DNA of 64,000 nt from an uncultured delta proteobacterium (GCA_963727485.1 CAVSGM010000003.1:416001-480000); one strand, 5' to 3'; positions 17,600 to 28,508 are shown, numbered from the stretch's first letter. A program made the numbers and translations. The notes: a model not told the origin generated them from the letters alone.

Positions 17600-19210
17600 A
17601 TGTCCGACCTGCATCGCCTGTCCGTCCTGCGTTGCCTCCGCCTCGCGCCCCTGGTGGCCGCGGCGCTCCTCCTCGCCCCCGCCGCCGCCCGGGCCGACCA
17701 GACCCTCACCTTCGACGCCGACGTCCCCGCCTCGGCCCCGGACACCTTCGACGTGCCCTTCCAGGTCCCCGCGGGGATCGTGGAGATCGAGGTCGACCAC
17801 ACCGACGGCTCGAACCGGAACATCCTCGACTGGGGCCTCGAGGATCCCGACGGCTTCCGGGGCTGGGGCGGGGGCAACGCCGAGCCGGCCATCGTCGGCG
17901 TCGACCGCGCCTCCCGCAGCTACCTCCCGGGCCCCATCACCCCGGGCACCTGGAAGGTGGTCGTGGGCAAGGCCCAAATCCTCGACCCGCCCGGGCACTA
18001 CCACCTCGTGGTCACCCTCCGGACCCAGGCGACCCTGGCGCCCCAGCCCGAGCGGGCGCCCTACACGCCGGTCGCCGCGCTGGAGACCGGGGCGAGGTGG
18101 TACCAGGGCGACTTCCACGTCCACAGCCGGGAGAGCGGCGACGCCTCGGCGACCCTCGACGACATCGCCACCTTCGCCCGGGGCCGGGGCCTCGACTTCG
18201 TGGAGATCTCCGACCACAACACCGTCAGCCAGCTCGACTACTTCGACGCGGTGCAGGCGCGGCACCCCCACCTGCTCCTGGTCCCCGGCGAGGAGTGGAC
18301 GACCTACCACGGGCACGCCAACGCCATCGGCGTCACCCGCTACGTGAACCATCGGCTGGGGGTGGACGGGGTCACGGTGGACACCGCCGCCGCCGACGTC
18401 CGGGCCCAGGGGGGCCTGTTCTCCATCGACCACCCGATGCTGAACCTGGGGCGCATCTGCATCGGCTGCCCCTGGACCCTGCCGACGCCCACGCCCCTCG
18501 ACGGGGTGGAGATCGAGAACGGGGGCCTCAAGGAGACCGCGGGGATCTTCACCAAGGACAGCCTCGCCTTCTGGGACACCCTCTGCGCCGGGGGCCGGCA
18601 CCTCGCGGCCCTCGGGGGCTCCGACGACCACCACGGCGGTGCCGGGGGCGGGAGCTTCTACAGCCCCATCGCCGATCCCACGACCATGGTCTACGCGCAG
18701 GCCCTCGACGTGCAGTCGATCCTCGACGCGGTCCGCGCCGGCCACACGGTGGTCAAGCTCCAGGGCCCCGGCGATCCCATGATCGAGCTCACCGCCGGGG
18801 ACGCCATGGTGGGCGACACGGTCCACGCCGACGCGGTGACCCTCAAGGTGAAGGTCGAAGGCGGCCAGGGCGACACCCTCCACCTGGTGCGCAACGGCGG
18901 CCTCGACGGCACCGTCATCCCCATCGACGCGGATCCCTTCGTGGTGACCCGGAGGGTGTCGGCGCCGGCCACCGGCGAGGACCGGTGGCGGGCGGAGGTG
19001 TGGGAGAGCGACAACCTCCCCCACACGGTCACCAGCCACCTGTGGATCGCCGCGGCCGCCGGCGACGCGGGGGCTGGCGCGGGCGGCGCCGGGGGGTGCG
19101 GGTGCGGCGCGGTCCCCGGGGCCGGCCGGGCGGATGCGGCGCTGGTGCTCCTGGCCGCCATCGCCCTGGGCCTCGGGGTTCGGCGCCGGCGGCGCCCGTC
19201 GATCCCCTAG
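17600..19210 (+). CDS. secreted PHP-domain (CehA/McbA-like) metallohydrolase with MYXO-CTERM-like tail
   Basis: GDFHVHS, ISDHN, GEEWTTYHGHAN, DHP and GGSDDH motifs. C-terminus is GGCGCG, a transmembrane segment and RRRRR. Confidence 0.85.
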   Translation: MSDLHRLSVLRCLRLAPLVAAALLLAPAAARADQTLTFDADVPASAPDTFDVPFQVPAGIVEIEVDHTDGSNRNILDWGLEDPDGFRGWGGGNAEPAIVGVDRASRSYLPGPITPGTWKVVVGKAQILDPPGHYHLVVTLRTQATLAPQPERAPYTPVAALETGARWYQGDFHVHSRESGDASATLDDIATFARGRGLDFVEISDHNTVSQLDYFDAVQARHPHLLLVPGEEWTTYHGHANAIGVTRYVNHRLGVDGVTVDTAAADVRAQGGLFSIDHPMLNLGRICIGCPWTLPTPTPLDGVEIENGGLKETAGIFTKDSLAFWDTLCAGGRHLAALGGSDDHHGGAGGGSFYSPIADPTTMVYAQALDVQSILDAVRAGHTVVKLQGPGDPMIELTAGDAMVGDTVHADAVTLKVKVEGGQGDTLHLVRNGGLDGTVIPIDADPFVVTRRVSAPATGEDRWRAEVWESDNLPHTVTSHLWIAAAAGDAGAGAGGAGGCGCGAVPGAGRADAALVLLAAIALGLGVRRRRRPSIP

Positions 19211-19716
19211 GCGGCCTGGGTCTGGCCGCTGGGCGCCGCGTCGGCGGCCGCCGGGGCCTCGGGCCGCCGCCCGCGCCACCACCAATCGAGGAGCCGGTCC
19301 ACCGACAGCGGCCCGGCGCCGGCGACGGCGAGCCAGACGAAGAGGACGATGAGCAGGTACTCGGAGAGCATGAAGAAGTCCGAGGGGCTCGAGACGTCGG
19401 CCCACTTGGCGGTGACGATGGCCACCACCATGGTGCCGATGAGGGGCAGGGCCGCGATCCGGGTGAGCACCCCGAGGAGGACGGCGGTGCCGCACACCAG
19501 CTCGAGGGTCGCCACCATCGGTGCCTGCAGGTGGGCGGCGGGGATCCCCAGGCTCTGGAAGTAGCCGATGACCCGGTCCAGGTGGTGGAGCTTGCCCCAG
19601 CCGGAGAGGATGAAGATCCAGCCGATGCTGATCCGGGCCACCGTCGGCGGGAGCCAGGTCAGGCGGCGGGCGAGGGCGAGAACGACGCTTCGGGTCCGGT
19701 CGACGAGGGCGGGCAT
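19207..19716 (-). CDS. DoxX family membrane protein
   Basis: ARISIGWIFILSGWGKL, ELVCGTAVLLGVLTR and GAGPLSVD motifs; GGAGG RBS. Confidence 0.9.
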   Translation of the reverse strand: MPALVDRTRSVVLALARRLTWLPPTVARISIGWIFILSGWGKLHHLDRVIGYFQSLGIPAAHLQAPMVATLELVCGTAVLLGVLTRIAALPLIGTMVVAIVTAKWADVSSPSDFFMLSEYLLIVLFVWLAVAGAGPLSVDRLLDWWWRGRRPEAPAAADAAPSGQTQAA

Positions 19717-19808
19717 GGGGCCTCCAGGCAGCGGGTCGGGCGACGCCCTGGACTTGGTCCGCTGCCGGCCGGCGGTTACGCGCGCCCGCCGCCCGACCTC
19801 GCGCGCGA

Positions 19809-21645
19809 TCACGGGCCGTGGACGATGGTGCCGCTGTCGCCCACGGCGAAGACCTCGCCGTTGGGCGCCGCCCAGATGGCGTTGAGCCCGGGCGTCGACG
19901 CCGGCAGCGTCTCCTTCACCCACCCGGTGCCGTCCCACGCCTCCAGGTAGCCGCCCGAGCTGCCGTAGCCCGAGGCGAAGACCCGGTTGGTGGCGGTGCC
20001 GGAGATCCCGGTGAGCGAGCCCCCCTGGCCGGTGGTCGTCAGGCTCCAGGTGCTGCCGTCGTAGTGCTCCACGTCGCTGCCGTCGACGAGGAAGACGTCT
20101 GTGGGGCTCGTGGCCCAGAGGGCGAAGGCGTCGGGCTGGGGCGTGGTCACCTTGGCGAGGCCGGTGCCGTCGTAGTGCAGGAGGACGCCGGCTCCCCAGT
20201 AGACGTCGGTCTTGGAGAAGGCCCAGAGGCTGTCGCCGTTGGCGTTGGGGTAGAGGGCGAGGGTGGCGAGGACCGTCTCGGTGGTGCCCTGGACCTCCTC
20301 GAGCTTCGGGGCCTGGTAGCAGCAGGCGGTCCACCCCGCGAGGAGCACGTCGCCCGGTCCCAGGACGGTGAGGCCCACCGGCGCGAGGGCGTCGAAGGCG
20401 GTGCTGGTGAGCACCGACGACCAGCTGGTGCCGTCGAAGTGGAAGAGCTGCACCGTGGAGCTGCTCACCTGGGCGATGGCATAGACGTCGGTGGCGCTGG
20501 TGCCGTCGATGGCCCAGATCTGCCCCGAGGTCGGGGACTGGACCTTCCAGGCGCTGCCGTTGAAGTGCACCAAGGCGCCGCTGTAGCCCCCGGCCCACAC
20601 GTTGTTGGCGCTGGAGCCCCACACGGTGGTGAGGTTCCGGCTGGTGTTGCTCACCATGGTGGTCCAGCCCGAGGCCTTGCAGGCGCCGTTGACGCAGCCG
20701 CTGGCGCAGGGGACGAAGGTGGAGGCGTAGCTGCACGACCCCGCGGCGCAGGTGCCGGTGGCCTCGAAGATCACGGCGGTGTTGGCGTCCTGGCACGTGC
20801 TCGGCGGCGGGGCGTCGCAGACGACCGGCACGCCCCTGCACACCCCGGTGTTGCAGGTGTCGCCGGTGGTGCAGGCGTCGCCGTCGTCGCAGGTGACGCC
20901 GTCGGCGTAGGGGTAGGTGCAGCTGCCCGCGGCGCAGGTGCCGGCGGTGCCGTAGCACACCGAGGGAGGGGTGTTGCAGGTCATGGAGGCGCAGGGGTCG
21001 GTCTGGCAGGCGTTGTTCACGCAGCCGCCACCGGTGCACTGGAGGGTCTTCTTGGTGTAGGTGCAGCGCCCGCCCTGGCAGACGCCGGTCTGGTCGTAGG
21101 TGGACAGCTCGGTGCCCGAGAGGCACGCCGGCGCCGGCGGGGTGTTGCACACCATGGCGGTGCCGGCGCAGACGCCGCCGGTGCAGGTGTCCTGGACGGT
21201 GCAGGGGTCGCCGTCGTCGCAGGTGGCGCCGTCGACCACCGGGTAGACGCAGGCGCCGCTGACGCAGGTGCCCTGGATCGCGTGGCAGGCGTCGGGCGGC
21301 GTGTCGCAGGGGCCGCAGGTGGGGCCGCCGTCGGTCGCGGTGCCGCCGTCGGTGACCGTGCCGCCGTCGGTGACCGTGCCGCCGTCGGTCGCCGGTCCCG
21401 CCATCGGGGACGGTTCCGCCGTCACGCGTGGTCCCCCCATCGGTGACCGCGCCGCCGTCGGTGCCGGTCCCGCCGTCGGTCGTCCCGCCGGCCGGGGTGA
21501 CGCAGGTGCCGCTCTCACAGGTGAGCCCGGCCTGGCAGCCGTGGCTGGGCCCGCAGCTCGCCCCGGGCCCGGCGGCGACGGTGGCGCCGCAGGCGGCGAG
21601 GAGGGAGGCGGTGGCGAGGGCGAGGACGAGGCGCGGCGAGGGCAT
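19809..21645 (-). CDS. Cys-rich lipoprotein with TDGG linker and C-terminal beta-propeller (frameshift near 21392)
   Basis: Lipobox LLAAC, TDGG repeats, CDDGDxCT..DTC modules, and WGSSANNVWAG / WATSPTDVF propeller blades. Confidence 0.8.
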
Positions 21646-21716
21646 GGTCACTCCGGGCATCCGTGGAAGCCTGCGACCCTACGGAGCCGCCCCCGCATCT
21701 GGCAAGGGCCACGGCG

Positions 21717-22085
21717 TCAGCGCTTCACGAACGCGACCCAGGCGAAGATCGCCCAGCCCACCAAGAACCCCACGCCCCCCAGCGGCGTGATCGCCCCGAG
21801 CCAGCGGATGCCGGTCAGCGCCAGGAGGTAGAGGCTCCCGCTGAAGAGCACGATGCCGATGAGCATCGCCCACCCGGCGGGGTTCGCCCGGGCGCCGGCG
21901 ACGGTGCACAGCCAGGCGACGGCGATGAGCCCCAGCGCGTGGTACATCTCGTAGCGCGCCCCGGTCTCGAAGACCTCGAGCATGTCCGGGGACAGCTTGC
22001 CCTTGAGGCCGTGGGCGGCGAAGGCCCCGGCGGCGACGGCGAGGAAGGCGTTGACGGCGCCGAGCCCGGCGAAGATGCGTTCCAT
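21717..22085 (-). CDS. DUF423 (YgdD/TMEM256) membrane protein
   Basis: AAGAFAAHGL, RYEMYH, GIVLFSGSLY and ITPLGG motifs. Confidence 0.92.
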   Translation of the reverse strand: MERIFAGLGAVNAFLAVAAGAFAAHGLKGKLSPDMLEVFETGARYEMYHALGLIAVAWLCTVAGARANPAGWAMLIGIVLFSGSLYLLALTGIRWLGAITPLGGVGFLVGWAIFAWVAFVKR

Positions 22086-22134
22086 GGGCGCGGTCCTATC
22101 ACGGGCGGCGGGGCGGGTCGCCCCCGGGGGGTCT

Positions 22135-22225
22135 TTGACATCCCCGGATCCCCGCCTTAAATCGCCCCCGGACCGACGGGCGCTCCGGGCCCGTCCTTGA
22201 CGCTCCGGAGGGCGCAAGGTAATCG
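22135..22225 (+). promoter_or_regulatory. two tandem sigma70-like promoters upstream of lipA
   Basis: TTGACA (22135)-N17-TAAATC and TTGACG (22197)-N17-TAATCG in a GC-rich background. The -10 matches are imperfect. Confidence 0.4.
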
Positions 22226-22253
22226 AAGCGCCCCGGCATCCCGGCTCCGCGAC

Positions 22254-23291
22254 ATGGCCTCCGATCCCCACCCCGCAGGCGGCGCCCCGAAGGCGCCCTC
22301 CGACGCGACCCGGGGCCGGTCAGCGGGCGCGGCTCGCCGCGGTGCGTCAACCCGGCCGCGCCTCCCCGAGTGGTTCAAGGTCCCTCTGCCCGGCGGCGAG
22401 CGCTACGCCGGCCTCAAGGACATGCTCCGGGGCCTCAAGCTCCACACGGTCTGCGAGGAGGCCCACTGCCCCAACATCGGGGAGTGCTGGAACGGCGGCA
22501 CCGCCACCATCATGGTCCTCGGCGAGACCTGCACCCGGGGCTGCCGGTTCTGCGCGGTGAGCACCGGCAACCCCCACGGCGTCCTCGATCCCGACGAGCC
22601 CGAGAACACCGCCGTCGCCGTCGAGCGCATGGGCTTCGAGTACGTGGTCATCACCAGCGTCGACCGGGACGACCTCGAGGACTACGGCGCCGACCACTAC
22701 GGCCGGGTCATCGAGGCCATCAAGACCCGCACCCCGCACGTGCGCGTCGAGGTCCTCACCCCCGACTTCCAGGGGCGCCCCGAGTCCATCCAGCGGGTGG
22801 TCGACGCCGGCCCCGACGTCTTCGCCCACAACCTGGAGACCGTGCGCCGCCTCCACCGCCGGGTCCGCGACGTCCGGGCGAAGTACGACCAGTCCCTCGA
22901 GGTGCTGCGGCTGGCCAAGGAGGCGGGAGCGCGGTTCACCAAGAGCGCGGTGATGGTCGGCCTCGGGGAGACCCGGGACGAGGTCCTCGAGGCCATGGGC
23001 GACATGCGCGGGGTCGGCGTGGAGCTCCTCACCATCGGCCAGTACCTGCGCCCCTCGAGCAAGCACATCGCCGTGGACCGGTTCTGGACCCCCGAGGAGT
23101 TCGCGGACCTCGAGCGCGAGGGGCTGGCCATGGGCTACCGCTACGTGGCCTCGGGGCCGCTGGTGCGCTCGAGCTACCGGGCCGGCGAGTTCTTCATCAA
23201 GGCGCTCCTCGATCGTGAGGCCCCGATCCCCGCCCGCCCCCGCGCCGCCTGCCCGTCGTCCCCTGATCGGAGAGACCGATGCCGGAGATGA
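22254..23291 (+). CDS. lipA: lipoyl synthase
   Basis: CEEAHCPNIGEC, CTRGCRFC, HNLETV and GPLVRSSY motifs. Confidence 0.97.
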   Translation: MASDPHPAGGAPKAPSDATRGRSAGAARRGASTRPRLPEWFKVPLPGGERYAGLKDMLRGLKLHTVCEEAHCPNIGECWNGGTATIMVLGETCTRGCRFCAVSTGNPHGVLDPDEPENTAVAVERMGFEYVVITSVDRDDLEDYGADHYGRVIEAIKTRTPHVRVEVLTPDFQGRPESIQRVVDAGPDVFAHNLETVRRLHRRVRDVRAKYDQSLEVLRLAKEAGARFTKSAVMVGLGETRDEVLEAMGDMRGVGVELLTIGQYLRPSSKHIAVDRFWTPEEFADLEREGLAMGYRYVASGPLVRSSYRAGEFFIKALLDREAPIPARPRAACPSSPDRRDRCRR

Positions 23292-24256
23292 ACATCATCC
23301 AGGCGGTGAACAGCGCCCTCGACGGAGCCCTGGCGGCCGACGAGCGGGTGCTGGTCCTCGGTGAGGACGTGGGGAAGTTCGGCGGGGTGTTCCGGGCGAC
23401 GACGGGCCTCTACCAGAAGTACGGCGCCGAGCGGGTCATCGACACCCCGCTGGCCGAAGGCGGCATCATCGCCAGCGCCATCGGCATGGCCCTCTACGGG
23501 ATGCGGCCGGTGGCGGAGATCCAGTTCTCCGACTTCATCTACCCGGGCTTCGACCAGATCGTCTCCGAGCTCGCCAAGCTGCGCTTCCGCTCCGGGGGCC
23601 AGTACCCGGCGCCGGTGGTGGTGCGCACGCCGGTCGGCGGCGGGATCAAGGGCGGGCTCTACCACTCCCAGAGCCCCGAGGCCTACTTCTGCCACACCGC
23701 CGGGCTCACGGTGGTCGCCCCGTCCAACCCCTACGACGCCAAGGGGCTGCTGGCCTCCGCCATCGCCAGCGAGGACCCGGTGATCTTCATGGAGCCCAAG
23801 CGGGTCTACCGGGCGAGCAAGGGCGAGGTCCCCGTCGAGCCCTACACCATCCCCATTGGCCAGGCGGCGGTGGTGACCGAGGGGAACGACGCCACGGTGC
23901 TCGCCTGGGGCGCCATGGTCCACGAGGCCATGGAGGCGGTGGACACCGTGCAGCAGGAAGACGGCGTCGCCATCGACCTCATCGACCTGCGGACCCTGGT
24001 GCCGCTGGACATCGACACCATCGTGGAGTCGGTGTCGCGCACCGGGCGGCTGGTGGTGGTGCACGAGGCCCCGCGCACCGCCGGCTACGGCGCCGAGATC
24101 GTGTCGCTCATCGCCGACAAGTGCTTCGACCGGCTCCTGGCGCCGCCCACGCGGGTCACCGGCTTCGACACGCCCTTCCCCTACGCCCTCGAGATGGACT
24201 ACCTCCCCCGCGCACCCCGGATCGCCGCCGGCCTCCGCCGGGTGCTCGCCCACTGA
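23279..24256 (+). CDS. 2-oxoacid dehydrogenase E1 beta subunit
   Basis: GEDVGKFGGVFRAT, DTPLAE, EIQFSDF and HSQSPE motifs. Confidence 0.95.
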   Translation: MPEMNIIQAVNSALDGALAADERVLVLGEDVGKFGGVFRATTGLYQKYGAERVIDTPLAEGGIIASAIGMALYGMRPVAEIQFSDFIYPGFDQIVSELAKLRFRSGGQYPAPVVVRTPVGGGIKGGLYHSQSPEAYFCHTAGLTVVAPSNPYDAKGLLASAIASEDPVIFMEPKRVYRASKGEVPVEPYTIPIGQAAVVTEGNDATVLAWGAMVHEAMEAVDTVQQEDGVAIDLIDLRTLVPLDIDTIVESVSRTGRLVVVHEAPRTAGYGAEIVSLIADKCFDRLLAPPTRVTGFDTPFPYALEMDYLPRAPRIAAGLRRVLAH

Positions 24257-24276
24257 TACGGAAACGGAGCCCTCCC

Positions 24277-25770
24277 ATGGCCTACGAGTTCAAGCTGCCC
24301 GACCTGGGCGAAGGTGTCGTCGAAGGCGAGATCGTCAAGTGGCTGGTGTCGAAGGGTGACACCGTCGCCGAGGATCAGCCGCTGGTCGAGATCATGACCG
24401 ACAAGGCGACCGTCTCCATCCCCTCGCCGGTGGCCGGGACCGTCGCCGAGATCAAGGGCAGCGAGGGGGACGTGGTCGAGGTCGGCCAGACCATGATCGT
24501 CATCGACGCCGGCGGCGCCGGGGCGGCCAAGGCCGAGCCCAAGGCCGAGCCCAAGGCCGAGCCGAAGGCCGAGGAGGACCCCGCGCCCAAGCAGGCGCAG
24601 GACCCCGCGCCGAAGGCCGAGGCGAAGCCCGCGCCTTCGAAGAACGGCGCCCAGGCCGCCGAGGCCTCGCCGGAGACCCGGCCCTCCGAGGCCGCCGCCC
24701 ACGTCCACGAGGACACCCCGCCGGCGCGGCTGGTCCACGGGCTGCCCACCCGGAGCACCTCGCCCCTCGCCGGTCGCATCCGCCCGGCGCCCCCGCGCGC
24801 CGCCGCCGCCGCCCCCGCCGAGACCTCCGCGGCCCGGGTCCTGGCGAGCCCCGCGGTGCGCCGCCGGGCCCGGGAGATGGGCGTCGACCTCGCCGCCGTC
24901 GCGGGCAGTGGCGAGGCGGGCCGGGTCACCGCCGCCGACCTCCAGCGCGCCGCCCAGAATGGTCACGGGAACGGCGCCGCCTCCAGCAACGGCGCCGCGC
25001 CGGCCAAGAAGGCCGCGCCGAAGCCCCCCTACAACCTGCCCCCGGGCGTCTCCGCCCCGCCTGAGGGCGGTGAGGCGCGCATCCCCCTGCGCGGCCTGCG
25101 CAAGCGCATCGCCGAGAAGATGCAGCAGTCCAAGAACACCGCGGCGCACTTCACCTTCGTGGAGGAGGTGGACATGCGCAAGCTGGTGAAGCTGCGCGCC
25201 GAGCTCAAGGAGACCGCGGCGGCCGAGGGCGTGAAGCTCACCTACATCCCCTTCTTCGTGAAGGCGGCGGTGGAGGGGCTCAAGCGCCACCCCCAGCTCA
25301 ACATCACCCTCGACGAGAAGACCCACGAGCTGGTCTACCGCGGCTACTACAACATCGGCATGGCGGTGGCGACCGACCGCGGCCTCATCGCCCCGGTGAT
25401 CAAGAACGCCGAGCACCTCTCGCTCCTGGGCATCGCCCGGGAGCTCGATCGCCTCGCCACCGCCGCCCGTGAGGGCACCATCGGCGTCGACGATCTCCAG
25501 CACTCGACCTTCACCATCACCAGCCTCGGCGCCCAGGGCGGCCTCTTCGCCACCCCGGTCATCAACTTCCCCGAGGTGGCGATCATGGGCATCCACCAGA
25601 TCAAGGACACGCCCATCGTGGAGGACGGGGAGATCATCCCGGGCAAGGTGATGCTCCTCTCGCTCTCGTTCGATCACCGCCTGGTCGACGGGCACGTGGG
25701 CGCGGCGTTTGCCTACGAGGTCATCCACCTCCTCGAGAACCCCGAGCGGCTCTTCCTGGAGCTCAAGTGA
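24277..25770 (+). CDS. dihydrolipoamide acyltransferase E2
   Basis: Lipoyl domain IMTDKAT, E3-binding ASPAVRRRARE and catalytic SFDHRLVDG. Confidence 0.95.
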   Translation: MAYEFKLPDLGEGVVEGEIVKWLVSKGDTVAEDQPLVEIMTDKATVSIPSPVAGTVAEIKGSEGDVVEVGQTMIVIDAGGAGAAKAEPKAEPKAEPKAEEDPAPKQAQDPAPKAEAKPAPSKNGAQAAEASPETRPSEAAAHVHEDTPPARLVHGLPTRSTSPLAGRIRPAPPRAAAAAPAETSAARVLASPAVRRRAREMGVDLAAVAGSGEAGRVTAADLQRAAQNGHGNGAASSNGAAPAKKAAPKPPYNLPPGVSAPPEGGEARIPLRGLRKRIAEKMQQSKNTAAHFTFVEEVDMRKLVKLRAELKETAAAEGVKLTYIPFFVKAAVEGLKRHPQLNITLDEKTHELVYRGYYNIGMAVATDRGLIAPVIKNAEHLSLLGIARELDRLATAAREGTIGVDDLQHSTFTITSLGAQGGLFATPVINFPEVAIMGIHQIKDTPIVEDGEIIPGKVMLLSLSFDHRLVDGHVGAAFAYEVIHLLENPERLFLELK

Positions 25771-27077
25771 GCCCGGCGGCGGCCAAGAAGAAGCCGGTCG
25801 CGGCCAAGAAGAAGGCCGCCGCGAAGAAGCCGGCCCAGGCCAAGAAGGCCGCGACCAGGAAGAAGCCCGTCGCCAAGAAGCGGGCGCCGGCGCGCAAGCA
25901 GGCCGCCGCCCCCCACCGCCGCACCGCCGCCGACGTGATGGCGCCGCTCGACACCGTCCCCCGCCTCGAGGCCGTCGAGACTCCGGGTGTCACCACCTTC
26001 GGCCTGGTGGACCCCACCGGCAAGCCCACGGTCAAGGACCCCTTCAAGGCCGCGGGCCTCAAGCCCGCCCGGGCGCTGGCCATCTACCGCTCCATGCGCC
26101 TGGTCCGGGCCCTCGACGCCCGGATGATGACCCTCCAGCGCCAGGGGCGGGTGGGCTTCTACGGCGCCTGCACCGGGCAGGAGGCGGTGCCGCTCGCCGC
26201 CGCCGAGGCGATGCGCCCCGAGGACTGGATCTACTCGGCGCTCCGCGAGGGCTCGGCGATGCTCCACCGGGGCTACGACCTGAAGACCTACATCTGCCAG
26301 ATCTTCGGCAACTCGGGCGACGCCCTCAAGGGCCGCAACATGCCCAGCCACATGGCCGACCGGGCGGTGAACCAGGTCTCCTGGTCGTCGGTCATCGGCC
26401 CCCAGATCTCCCAGGCGGTGGGCTCGGCGTACGCCGCGCGCCTCAAGGGCGACGAGGTGGTCAGCGTCGCCTTCATGGGCGACGGCGCCACCTCCAGCGC
26501 CGACTTCCACAGCGGCATGAACTTCGCCGCGGTGTGGCAGGTGCCCGCGGTCTTCGTCTGCCAGAACAACAACTGGTCGATCTCGCTGTCCACCGAACGC
26601 CAGACCGCCAGCGCCAGCATCGCCCACAAGGCGCTGGCCTACGGGATGCCCGGCTACCGGGTCGACGGCAACGACGCCTTCGCGGTCTACGCGGCGGTGA
26701 GGGACGCGGTGGAGCGCGCCCGCAAGGGCGGGGGCCCGAGCTTCCTCGAGTGCGTCACCTATCGCATCGGCGCCCACTCCAGCTCCGACGACCCGCGGGT
26801 CTACCGGGACGAGCGCGAGGTCGACGTGTGGAAGCAGCGGGACCCGGTCGACCGGCTCCAGGCGGTGCTGATGCGCACCGGCCACCTCACCAAGGCCGCC
26901 GACGCGAAGATCGCCGAGGAGGCCACGGCGACGGTGACGGCGGCGGCGAAGGCGGCTGAGGCGATGCCCCCGCCGGCGCGGGAGACCCTGTTCACCGATG
27001 TCTACGCCGAGCTCCCCTGGAACCTCAGGGAGCAGCGCTCGGAGCTCTTCTCGATTCAGGACGACAAGCGCGCCTGA
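25767..27077 (+). CDS. E1 alpha subunit (branched-chain type likely) with Lys/Ala-rich N-terminal extension
   Basis: QRQGRVGFY, GDGATS...NN (TPP motif) and TYRIGAHSSSDDP. GTGA overlap with the E2 stop. Confidence 0.93.
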   Translation: MSPAAAKKKPVAAKKKAAAKKPAQAKKAATRKKPVAKKRAPARKQAAAPHRRTAADVMAPLDTVPRLEAVETPGVTTFGLVDPTGKPTVKDPFKAAGLKPARALAIYRSMRLVRALDARMMTLQRQGRVGFYGACTGQEAVPLAAAEAMRPEDWIYSALREGSAMLHRGYDLKTYICQIFGNSGDALKGRNMPSHMADRAVNQVSWSSVIGPQISQAVGSAYAARLKGDEVVSVAFMGDGATSSADFHSGMNFAAVWQVPAVFVCQNNNWSISLSTERQTASASIAHKALAYGMPGYRVDGNDAFAVYAAVRDAVERARKGGGPSFLECVTYRIGAHSSSDDPRVYRDEREVDVWKQRDPVDRLQAVLMRTGHLTKAADAKIAEEATATVTAAAKAAEAMPPPARETLFTDVYAELPWNLREQRSELFSIQDDKRA

Positions 27078-27100
27078 GGGGCGTGCGCAGGAGGCGAGGG

Positions 27101-28508
27101 ATGGCGCGTTCCTACCAGGCGGTGGTGGTCGGCGGCGGACCGGGGGGCTACGTGGCGGCGATCCGCCTGGGGCAGCTCGGGGTGAAGGCCGCGGTCATCG
27201 AGCGCGAGACCGTGGGCGGGGTGTGCCTCAACTGGGGCTGCATCCCCTCCAAGGCGCTGATCCACGTGGCCCACACGGTCAGCCACCTCAAGGAGGACGG
27301 CGGCACCTTCGGGGTGAGCGCCACCGGGGTGAAGGTCGACATCGACCAGACCCGCAAGTGGAAGGACGGGATCGTCAAGAAGCTCACCGGCGGCGTGGCC
27401 CAGCTCATCAAGGGCAACGGCACCGAGCTCATCGAGGGCGAGGCCACCTTCAAGGGCAAGGGCCGCCTCGAGGTCAAGGGCAAGGACGGCGCCGTCGAGG
27501 AGATCACCTACGAGCAGTGCATCGTCGCCACCGGCGCCCGGGTCATCGAGATCCCCGGCTTCGAGATCGACGGGAAGGACGTGTGGAGCGCCCGGCAGGC
27601 GGTGGACCTCCCGGAGATCCCGAAGAAGCTCACGGTCATCGGCGGCGGGGTCATCGGCCTCGAGCTCGGCACCGTCTACGCCAAGCTCGGCTCCGAGGTC
27701 ACGGTGGTGGAGATGACCGGCGGCCTGCTCCCGGGCACCGACCGGGAGCTGGTGCGCATCGTCGAGCGGCGTCTCAAGAAGCTCGGGGTCAAGGTGATGA
27801 CCGACACCAAGGCCAAGAGCCTCGAGCGCGGGAAGAAGGGCCTGAAGGTCACCGTCACCGGGAAGGACGGCGACCAGACCTTCGACGCGGACAAGGTCCT
27901 GGTGGCCGTGGGCTTCAAGCCCAACGCCGACCGCTTCGGCCTCGAGACCCTGGGCCTCCAGACGGGCCGCGGCGGCGCCATCGTCACCGACGCCCGGATG
28001 CAGACCTCGGTCCCCGGCATCTACGCCATCGGGGATGTCACCGGCGCGCCGTTCCTCGCCCACCGGGCCTTCAAGCAGGGTGAGGTCGCCGCCGAGGCCA
28101 TCGCCGGCAAGGCCTCGGCCTACGACGTGGCGGCGCTCCCGGCGGCGGTGTTCACCGACCCGGAGATCGCCACCACCGGCATGACCGAGGAGGAGGCGAA
28201 GGCCGCGGGCTACGAGGTGAAGATCGGCAAGTTCATGTTCGCGCGCCAACGGCCGGGCGCTGGGGACCGCCGAGGCCAACGGCTTCGTGAAGACCGTGGT
28301 CGACGCCGACGAGGGGGTCATCCTCGGGGTCCACATCGTGGGCCCGAACGCCTCCGAGCTCATCGGCGAGGGGACGCTCGCCATCGAGATGGGCGCCGTC
28401 GCCGAGGACCTGGGCCTGACCATCCACACCCACCCGACCCTCTCCGAGGCCCTCCAGGAGGCGACCCTCCAGGCCATCGGCGAGGCGGTCCACGCGATGA
28501 ACAAGTAG
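27101..28508 (+). CDS. lpdA: dihydrolipoamide dehydrogenase E3 (frameshift near 28245)
   Basis: [20 protein letters not shown] and GGGVIGLE; C-terminal HTHPTLSE lies in the next frame. Confidence 0.95.

Noticed and set aside
19207..21660. 817-aa lipoprotein-DoxX fusion ORF
   Set aside because: The middle is off-frame Arg-rich sequence produced by a frameshift. DoxX has its own RBS.
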